Shown: piece after piece, positions 11,915 to 22,500 of the stretch | Layout: each line of letters begins with the position of its first letter | Position numbering within the stretch: the stretch's first letter is position 1 | Source: Protoeuglena noctilucae | Taxonomy: Eukaryota | Direction: 5' to 3' | DNA: 64,000 nucleotides | Assembly (NCBI GenBank): GCA_958009085.1 | Contig: OY253681.1 | Location: forward strand, 744,001-808,000 | Translations under genes and position numbers: made by a program | The notes under the pieces: model-generated | Told to the model about the DNA's origin: nothing | What the model saw: the letters and a program-made list of their open reading frames with translations, nothing else | Database searches by the model: none

Positions 11915-14900
11915 TCACAGCTTGACCTTCCGGACGCGCACCGACTGCGGCGTCACCTCCACCAGCTCGTCCGAAACAATGTACTCGATCGCGTCATCCA
12001 GGGACATGTCTGGGCGGGAGGTGAAAGGGGAGAGGTATTAGGCAGTAATATTATTATTTATAATCTTCTTATACGTACTTGTACAATACATCATAATGGT
12101 AACATATCAATATTAGTCCATCATCAAACTATTATTATCATAATAATTAAAGTACATGCCATCAACAGGCCCCCCACTCGCCCTTGGGGGTGTCGAGCAC
12201 GACCGTGGCGTCCTTCCCCGCGGCGCGCATGTTGGTGAGCTGCTTGGCCTTGCATGCGTTTACGCGCAGGTCGCCGTAACGCTGGTGGATGCCGATGACC
12301 TGGGGGATGGGAGACGGGGGGGGGGATGAGATTTGAAGATTGTAGAATGAGGGATGAGATGACTCACTACCCGTCACCAGCGCATCGCTCCTCACTCCAC
12401 CAGCCCCTTCACTAACCCGCAACCACTCACTGCCAAACCAAACCCACGCCACCACTCACAGCCCCTCACCCCTCACCGACAACTCGCCACTACTCACTGC
12501 ACCCACTACACCCCACCCCCCATCCACCCCCCCATAATCTCTCACCTGCCCCTCGTAGATCTTGTCCCCCGGCCTGACGAACAGCACCCCCCTCTCCTGC
12601 ACGCTCTTCAAAGCATAGGCCGTGACCTGCCCCGTCTCGTGCGCGACCAACGACCCGTTCTCCCTCACATTCACGTCCCCACACCAGGGGCCGTAGTGGC
12701 TGAAGTTGGTGTTAAGCACAGCAGTGCCTTTCGTGGCCGTGAGCATGGCGTTCTTGAGGCCGAGCAGGCAGCGGGTGGGGATGGTGTAGGTGACCTGGGG
12801 GGTTGGGGGGGAGGGGGGGGGGTTAGAGGGTAAGTGGGGAGTGGGGGTGGTGGATGAGAGGGTAAGTAGTGGGGTGGGTGAGGACTGGGGATGGAGTAGG
12901 TGACCTTGGGGGGGAGGGGGGTGGGGGTGGTATAGGGTGGGGTGGGTTAGAGGTCGCAAGTAAGTAGAAAGAAGTGGGGTTGGCATGTTGTTGATAATAT
13001 ATATACCAACACATACCAGTATATCGTACATTACACGTACAATCCACCCTCACCCTCTGCGCCCCCTGCGCCCCCGCCACCATGTCCTTCATCTCCCCCT
13101 TCCTTCCCCCCATGAGCGTGGCCACCCCCCCCATGTACTCCTCCGGCACCTCAATCACCGCCTCGTCGTACGGCTCCAGCTTCTCGCCCTTGGGGCCCAA
13201 CTGGGGGGAAGAGCAAGGGGAGGGAAAGTTGAGGGTGAGTTACTATTACATAAATATCATAGTAACAGACTTATAAAAGTCTAGTTTTCATTTATTTACA
13301 AATACTGATTTTTATTTGTATTGAAATCCACACGTCTGCAACGACACCCCCACCACTCATCCCCCCCTTGCCTTGGTGATGACGGTGGGCGCACCCACAC
13401 TGAACTCGTACCCCTCCCTCCTCATGTTCTCAATCAAGATGCCCAAATGCAATGCCCCGCGACCGGAGACCACGAACTGGTCCGCCGTCTCCCCAGGCTC
13501 CACACGCAGCGCCAGGTTGCGCTCCAGCTCACGGTCCAGGCGGTCCTTCAGGTTGCGGGAGGTCTGGGGTTAAAAGGGGGATAGGTGTGAGTTATTAGTG
13601 ATTAGTATTCTATTGTAATATCCAAGAGGTCTTTCAGGTTGCGGGAGGTCTGGGTTGGGTGGGGTGGGTGTTGGGGTGTTTGTAAATGTGTAGTGATGAT
13701 AGTCTATATGAATTGTGTTATAATGCACAGGGTGTTGATGAAATTCCACATTACACATGTCTCGCACCACCAACCCCCCCCCGACCCCCACCCCTTCTCA
13801 CCACGAACTTCCCCTCCTGCCCCGCGAAGGGCGACGTATTGACGGCGAAGGTCATGCGCACCGTGGGCTCCTCCACTTTAATCGCGGGGAGCGGCATGGG
13901 GGACGCGGGGTCGACGATCGTGTCGCCGATCGTCACGTCACCCAGGCCGCAGATGGCGCAGATGTCGCCGGCGGATACGACGTCCACGGGGGACTTCTGG
14001 GGGAGTGGGGGGGGTGGGAGTGGGGTGTTATGACTGTATGTTATATTGTAGTATTACCATGAGTGTTACATTCTCAGATAGTAACTATAATGATACTATT
14101 ATTTACAGATCATTATATGTTTGTCATACTAACAAGCACTACCCTCTCCCTGACTCACCGAGAAGTTGTCGAACACGAAGAGCTCCTGGATGCGCGCCTT
14201 GCGGATGTCGGTGTCCGGCTGCATGACCCCCACGGTGGCGCCCTTGGTGACGGTGCCGCCCGTGACGCGGCCGATCGCGATGCGCCCCTTGTGGTCATCA
14301 TAGTCGATGTTCGTCACCAGCATCTGCAGGGGCTTGTCGATGTCCGCGCGGGGGGGGCTGACCTGGGGGGGAGATGGGGGGGGGGGGGGGGTGGGGGTGT
14401 CGGGAGGGGTGGGGGTGGGGTGGGTTGAGTGGATGCACTCGGTGGGGGTGGCGAGAGATGAGGACAACAGATATCACACGACACCAACACACAGCGGCTC
14501 GAGTGTCAGTCACTCATGTCAAACTCACAACCCATTCAACCACTTAACACTCGCCTTGTCCACGATGGTCTCGAACAGCGGCTCCAGCGTCTCCCGCATG
14601 TCCTCGGGGTCAAACCCAGCGATGCCCTGGAAGCCCGAGGCGTACACCACGGGGAAGTCGCACTGGTCGTCGTTGGCGCCCAGGTCCACGAACAGATCGA
14701 AGACCTGAGTGTGTAAAGGGAGGGGATGGGTGAGTGGTGGGTGAGTGGAGTCGTCACTGTCGTGCTACATCGCCACAACCTGTGGTATATCATCGTCTCT
14801 TATGATAGTGTTCACGCCCGCTGGTCGCGACTGCGCATTCATGAAATACACATGACCCATCTCCTGTTACCGCACAGACACAGTCACTCGCCTCGTTGAG

Positions 14901-15564
14901 CACCCAGTCGGGCCGGGCTGCCGGGCGGTCGATCTTGTTGACCACCACCACCACCTTCTTCTCCAGGTCCAGCGCCTTCTTGAGCACGAACCGCGTCTGC
15001 GGCATCGGGCCCTCCACCGAGTCCACCAGCAGCAGCACGCCGTCGCACATGTTCAAAACACGCTCCACCTCCCCACCGAAGTCCGCGTGGCCGGGCGTGT
15101 CGATGATGTTGATCTGAGGGCCACGGAAAGTGCGCGGATAAGTGAATTATTAGTAAGTATAACGCAGGGAGGCCGCGCAGGGGCGCAGCGGAGGTCCGTG
15201 GGGCAGCTGCGGTGCAAGCGGCAAAGCAATGCGTGCCTTGTTGCCCCGGTAGCGGATGGCCGTGTTTTTGGCGAGAATGGTGATGCCTCGCTCGCGCTCG
15301 AGGTCGTTGGAGTCCATGATGCGCTCCTCCACGCGCTGGTTGGACCGGAAGATGTTGGACTGCTTGAGCATCGCGTCGACCTGGGGACGCAAGCGGAATC
15401 GTCGCCACGTGCGCGGCGCAACGCCGCTGCGCCCGCCCGACAGATGCTACGGAAGAATATCGACGTCGCAAGACCGGCGCGCGGGTCCCGGGCACGCGGA
15501 CGCGCGCGGAGGGGAGCCGTGCCCTAGCGGCGCGTGGCGCAGGGGGGCGCAGGCCGCGCGGCTC

Positions 15565-15613
<49 letters not shown>

Positions 15614-15920
15614 TAATTTGAGACGGGTCCATGGAGGACCCAGGCGCCGCGGGCGCCTCGAGTGCACCGGCGGCCGCCGCGCAGATGAGGTGTGTGGCCC
15701 GCTCCCCGCGGCCCTGGGCCGAGGCCCTCCCGCGCGGAGCTCCCTTGACTTGCACCCGAGCCGACGCGGGGGCTGCGGAGCAGGAGCGGGAGCCACGCTG
15801 GCCGGCGCGGGGCCGAGATGCCTCGTGGCCAGGAGACGCGGCGTCGTCCCCACAGGCGTGAGTTCGCGCAAGCGCCGGGCGCGCAACCCGGCGACGAGGA
15901 ACACAAGCGCATGGGCATGC
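11915..15920 (-). CDS. typA: Translational GTPase TypA/BipA, probably plastid-targeted (SVR3-like); start uncertain
   Basis: [25 protein letters not shown]...[19 protein letters not shown]...|[43 protein letters not shown]...NKID, then [29 protein letters not shown] and [12 protein letters not shown]. Ends [16 protein letters not shown] (11915-11917). Ala/Arg-rich N-terminal extension. Confidence 0.93.
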
Positions 15921-16579
15921 CGAAGATCAGCGCCAGGAAATGCCGTTCGCCCGGGCCGGGCCGTCCCGGACCGATCAGGGGGCTGGGGCCCCGCACCAAC
16001 GCCGTCACGGGCCCTCCTGGACGGGGCGCAAGGCGACTCCGGGACGAGGAACTCACCCAAAATCTGCACGGCGGGCTCGCCGCGCGCACCCAGCGTCCTC
16101 GCGCGGCATGCCACCGAGAAAGAGGTCAGGGGGGCGGCCATCGCGGATCCCTGAGGCAGACGACGACCGGGAGGAAGCTGTGTAACACGCGCGTATTCGT
16201 CGCGCGCGGGAGAGGGCGTGGGGTGTCGTACCGGCGCTTTTTTGACGGCCGGTCTCGTGCCAGTCGTGGTGTTACCCCATGCGTCAGCTGGGCCTGGCCG
16301 GGCTTAGGGCAGAAATGCGTCACACCATAAGCCAAATGTTGGCATGAGATCAGCCGCAGCAAGGCCGTAGCAACCCCAGCATCTCTCTCCGCGTTGCCTC
16401 CCGCCGTGCACAACCTTGCCGCCGCGAAATGCCGATCGCCGGGGGCGCGGACCGTGGCGTGAGGTGCTGTGCTTCCGCGCTCCCACGCCCTGTCGCATGG
16501 CGTGAGGGACGCCTGTGAAGTGCCCCCCTGTGCGTGTCCGCGCGTCGGCCGGCGCAAAGACCGCGTTCTGAGGACGAAG

Positions 16580-19500
16580 ATGGGAATCCTGCGATGGCTG
16601 GCCGTGGCCCTGCTGGCGGGCGCGCTGCGGCCCGCGTTGGCACGGTGGACCTTGTCGACAGGCATCATCGCCCCCGACGCGCCCATATCGTGCAACCCGT
16701 ACAACTTCACGGACTTTAACTTCAATCCCCAACTCTCAAAGGCGAGCTGCCGCCGCAAGCGCGGCCCCTGCCCCGCCCGGGCGATGTCGCGCGGACTACC
16801 GCGGGCCAACATCCCGCAGCCCGCCTCTGCAGCGGGTCCGTGGGCCTCAAGTCAGGTCTGCTGGGCGTTTGCGTGCAAATGACTCACTAGCGGCTCGTTG
16901 CGCGCGTCAGGGTCCTTCGCGCGCCCCGCCTGCAGGGCCGCTTTCCCCCGCGCACGCTCGACTACACTCTCGTCGACCCGCCCGCTTCGACGCTCCAGTC
17001 CCCGCTGCCCTTTGACCAAGATGCGTCGATCGTCATGACCAGCGAGTGCGCCCTCGTCGTGGACACGCCGTCCGGCTCGGCCCACCCCTCGCTGTTTGCG
17101 CACTGGTGCGGCGGAGCGGCGGCAGGCTGGCGCGCTGTCGACAGCGCCATCCGCGCGGATCTTTGTCTGAGTCCATGGTTTCGGCCCTCGCATGGCTCGC
17201 ACGGCCGCGCGTCCGTCGCTCGGGCGCCCTGCGATTTGCGCATCTGCCCCGCCGCCCCCGCAGCCTCTCCGGCTTCTCCGACAACGTGTACGTGACCTTC
17301 GAGGAGATCAATCTCAACCAGTCCCGCGTGGAGAGCGTTTTCAACCTCAAACTGCAGACCACCGTCAACGCGTACCTAGCAGTGAGTTTTTGGGCCTCAA
17401 ACGCCGCGCCCGGCGCCCGGCGGGCGACCGCAGATGTGCTTTGCGTGACTATATATCGTCATCAACAAGAAGCGGTGAGCGCATTTAACGATCCTAGCGC
17501 GAATTTCGCCCCCGCAGGGCTATGTCGGGTCCACGCGCCTTTTGGCCCCCGACCGTCCCGGGATGGGCCAGCTGGCCGCGTACGCCGGCCGCGTGGTGTG
17601 GTCTCAGCTCACAGCCGATGGCGCCGACGCGTACGAGATCGGAGCGTACGATTTCTACGAGAGCCGCTTCATCAGCTCGTCCGCCTTCACCCCGCCCTCC
17701 GGCACGTCCTACACCTCCCCCACGGTGCGCGGACAGCTACGCGTGTTGTTCATACATATTACTCGCTTCGCTCTCATTTCCAGCTTCGAAGACGCCCCCC
17801 TCGCGTCGCCCGCGCCCCCAGGTGTGCGATGACTGGACAGCAATTGTCGCCTTCGACCACGCGACCGGTCTCTCGTCCATTCTGCTGTACGAGTACGACA
17901 CGGACTCCATCGAAGTGCTGTCCCGGGGCGTCCCGGGCCGCAACGCCTTAGCGGCGCGCCTGGCGCCCTTCGGCCGGTTGTGGCCGCTGGTGCACGTGAC
18001 AACGGCCGACATCCGGAGCGGGCCGACGACCACATCGAGCGCGTACTCGTCTCCGGGGGGTAAAATATCGTCCACGACCGACGCGGCGTCGACGGCGGGT
18101 TGGGGCGAGGCGGCGGTGGCGAGCGCGGATCCCGCGCGGCAGGGGTGCCGATTGGTGTGGGTAGAGACGGCAGCCCCGGTCAAGCTGGTTGGCGGGGCGA
18201 ACGTGGTGCCGGACACGCCTACCGGGGGCGTCACGGACGGGATCGTGCGGGTCATGGAGCTGCCCCAGCGCCGCATCCGCACGCCATCGACTCCGGCGGA
18301 GTGGACCGTGCACGCGCAGCCAGGCCCGGGGTTTGGGAAGGGGCTGGATGAGAAGGAGACGGAGATATGGTGAGGGAATGTGTGGGTGAACATTGGAAGG
18401 GGTGTGTGGTTGAATGGCGGTGGGGCGTGCCAGCGGGGGGAGCGGTCGGGATTGGTTAGTGCATACGGTGGGGTGCACTGTGGATGAAGCAGAGGGGGGA
18501 GCGGGGCGCGGGGGACGGCACGTGCCATGGAAGATAGGATGGGATTGCGGTGGAAAGGTCCTGCTCCTTTTCATGTCTTTGTCATTGGCACCCATACAGC
18601 CGCCCCTCGCCCCTTGCCCCAGGCGCCAGGCCGGCACGTCCACCACCGCCCTGACCTACGGCCTGCTGATGGACGTGGCGACGTCAGAGAACGAAATCTT
18701 CTTCCTAATCGCGGACGGGACGGAATCTGTTGCCCCTACGCGCTGAGTCGCCTCACGTCGAGTGGTCGACGACAGCGGGGCGGAGCTCCCCGCCACCGCG
18801 GTGCACTGGCCGCAGACCGACACGGCATCGCAGCTGACATTCGGGGAGGCGTCGGACCAGAACGTGGTGCTGCGTCAGGACCGGGGGGGCGGCGCATCGC
18901 TGACCGCGCTCTTCTCCGTCTCCCAGATCAACCGCGACACGCCCCCGCACTACACGCGCTACCCCTCCATGTGCACGCTCGTCGCGTCCGGCTCCCCCGG
19001 CACCCACGCGGGCGTCTTTCACGACATCGTGCTGTGGGCCGAGGGCGCCGGACGTGCTCTGCAGCTGATGGATGTCAACAAGGACAACGACGAGCTCATG
19101 GACGCGACCGACTGGTTCCCGCTCGATTTCCTCTACGTTTTCGACAACGACAACGACGGCATCGGCAACGCGGCCGACATAGTACCTGCCCACGGGTCGT
19201 GCGTGCAGTCGGACAAGCGCGGCGCGTGCTATAGCGACCTGATGGTCCTGTACCTCGTGTGGGCCGGCTTCGTCATCGTGCTCACGACATCCGTCTTTTT
19301 CATGGCGAGGTGGTACTACCGGCGCAAGCTCATCATACGCGCGGCGGCCAAGGCGCCCCTGGCTAGCTCCAATGGGGTCGCGTCGGGGGGGTCGGGGAGA
19401 ATGGGGCAGGTGAGGGGGGGTGCAGGGTGCGGGTGGTGGTATGGGTGAGGGTAGCAGCATGGGTGAGGGTAGCAGTGTGGGTGTAGGGTGCGGGTGGTTG

Positions 19501-22500
19501 TGTGGGTGGGAGTGAGGGTGAGGGTGGTGGCGGTGTGGGTGAGGGTGGCAGCATGGGTGAGGGTGGTTGTGCGGGTGAGGGTGGCGGTGCGAGTGGGGGT
19601 AGCAGTGTGGGTGAGGGTAGCGGTGTGGGTGAGGTGGCAGTGCAGGTGTCCGCGAATTTCATCACCTTGCCTGACCTTCCAACATCCATGAATCTCACAT
19701 TCTCGTCTCCTCCGCCCGCAGCGCGTCACGGAGGGCTCCGCGCACGGCGCAGGGGCGTCCGCACGGTCCATCACCGCAGCGGTCCTCTCCTCGGGTCGCC
19801 GCGGCAGCGACGGGGGCGGAACCGCTTCGCGCGGATCGCTTATGGGAGACTGGGACGTCGAGTCTATGACCGGCGCGGACGCAAAGACGGAGGCGATCGT
19901 AGCGGATGCTGCCGGAATCAGCGACGTCCGCGCCGTCGAGGGCCCCGACCCCGGACTGCGCCGGCTGGTCGTGCGGACGCAGCTGGTGTCTCTCGTGGGA
20001 CAAATCTTCATGCTTCTCCTCGCGATCGCGTCGCTCCTGACCGCGATCATCCCGTACTTGAGTCTGACGCCCACCTCGCTGCGACTGCTCGAGCGTTTCT
20101 CGTGGTTCGATTTCTTCACCGCTTACATATTCCTCGTCGACATCGTCACGCGATTCGTCACGCGCAACCCGGAGCACACGCCCAACTTCCGGTCGTTCCT
20201 GCGCAAGAACTGGTCGGACTTCCTGGCGCTCTTCACGGACATCCCCGGCCTCACCACCGCCGGAGCGCTGCACTTCCTGGTGTTCACGCGGTTCCGGCAT
20301 CTCTTCAAGATCTTTCGGTGAGGGAGGGGGACTGCTTGCTGCAGCTAGCACGTACTGTTGTCGCTCAACCCTCGCCCTATACTCACCGCCATTGTCATGG
20401 CACATTCTCCCCCACGTGATCCCACCACCCCGCCGCGCACCCTCACAACCCATTACACCCCATGACAACCCTCCCCGCCACCCCACCACCGCCACGTGCC
20501 CTCACAGCCCATTTTACCCCATGATGACCCCCCTACTTCCCAACTTCCTCCCTCACCTCCTTTCACCCCCGCAGCCTCGCGCGCATCCTGAAGATTTTCC
20601 GTGTGGTCCGCGCCTACCGAAATATGACCCGCACCACGGCCGTGCTGGACTTCATGATCAACAAGCCCCACATGTTCATGGGAGTTCTGCTGGTCCTGCT
20701 CATCCTGGCCTTCTCGGCAGGCACTAAGATATTCGAGCAGGGCAGTAACCCCGTGTGGTCGTCCTACGCCAACAACATATGGTTCAGCATAGTCACGGTG
20801 ACGACGATTGGCTACGGTGACATGGCGCCACGCACGATTGGCGCGCGGGTGATGACGGTGCTGATGATGGCGCTGGGGATCGGGCTGGTGGGGCTGCTGA
20901 CGGCCACGGTCATTCGCGGGGTGATGGTGGGGAAGCAGGGGTCCAAGCTGAGCAAGAGGAAGAGGGAGCACCGAAACCGGCTCGAGATGCTCAAGGGCAC
21001 GTGAGTGACTGATGTCTGTGTTATGTCAGTATATCATAGTATAGTTGGTAGTACCAACTAATGCCAATTTCAGCCACCAACCTTCCTCCGACATGAGCAT
21101 GCTGCTGTATATCATTATTCTATACCATGATATTGTCATCGTTCCTCTCTCTCTCAGTTCGGCGCGCATGTGCATGGCCTTCAACCCGCTGGTGGTGTCG
21201 TTCGGGGAGCACCTGGAGCGTTCGATGGGCAAGAAGCTGAGCATGGTGCAGCTGGCCATGCAGCACAGCAGCGCCCAGTACAACATGGTGGCGGGACTGG
21301 ACGAGGACGTCCTGCTGCCCATGGAAGAACTCATGGCTCAGGCGAGGAAGGCGGTGTTGAGTGTGATATATTTCAATAGTTGTATTATATAATATTATAT
21401 TATCTATCGTGCTCGTTCATCGCAGTCATCGACCAAGTTCTCTGCGGCGGGGGAGACGCGAGAGCTGACGGAGGCAGAGGTGAGGGGGGTGGGGTAGTCG
21501 GCGGGGTAGAGGTGACAAGGTGAAGAGGTAAGGGTGGTATAGGCATGCTCATGATGTTGAAGACGACGTGTACCCAACCTAATCCATTTCCCCTTTGCCT
21601 CCAGCAGCCCCAGCACCGCCGCACCCTCACCATCCCACTCCACCCTCACCTCATCCCCTCACCACATCCACTCCCCCTTCCCCCACCACGCAGCGCCAGC
21701 ACAGCTGCACCCTCACCACCCCATCCTCACCTCATCCTCACCTCATTCACTCTCCCTTCCCCCACCCCCCCCAGCGCCAGCACCGCCGCACCCTCACCAG
21801 CCAGCGCCGGGCGCTGCAGACGTTGGTGGAGCGAAGCATGTCCACGGCCATCGTGTCACCGACGGAGAAGCTCAATTACGTGCTGCGGTTCTCCAAGCTG
21901 GACTCCAAGTCCGAGGGAGGCGAGTGATAAGTGGTGTGGATGGGATGGGTGGGATTTGGACGGGTTGCGGTTCGGTGGGTTGGCAGTGAGCGAGGCGGGG
22001 GTGGGAGGGAGGAGGGGCAGGTGTTTCATTGCTGCTGTGGATTGCTGCCGAGGGATGCGTAGAGATATGCTCAGCCGGCGGGTGCTCAACAAGTACTTAG
22101 CCCATCGCAATACACCTCGCTCCTCCAGCACCAGCACTGTAGCACCGTCCCTGATCCCCTCTCCCCCTCCCTCTCCCCTCCCGCAGTGCGCAACTTCGAC
22201 TCGCTCCTCACCGAGCTCCAAGAGGCCATGTTCCCGGCTGTAAAGCCCGAGGACACGTTCGTGGGGCGCGTGCTGGCCCTCTCTCTCGCCATGGACGACG
22301 CCGGGGGCCTCCCGCCGGGCGTGGAGGCCGACCTCACCGACCCGCTGGACCGGAGACTGGTGCGGGTGGAAGAGATCCTCAAGCGACACCAAATCCCCGG
22401 CCGCGACAACTACCACGAGCTGCTTCTGGAGTTGACCACCCTGGCGGTACTCTACGACCGCGTGCAGAACGCGCAGTACTGCCTGCAGGCCGTGCAGTTC

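Noticed and set aside
19410..19721. (GGGTGAGGGTGGCAGT)-type and CCACCCCCACTG arrays as telomeric or transposon sequence (also 25190-25330, 53650-53720, 57070-57200)
   Set aside because: Degenerate intronic simple repeats with no TTTAGGG array, terminal repeats, target-site duplication or transposase.
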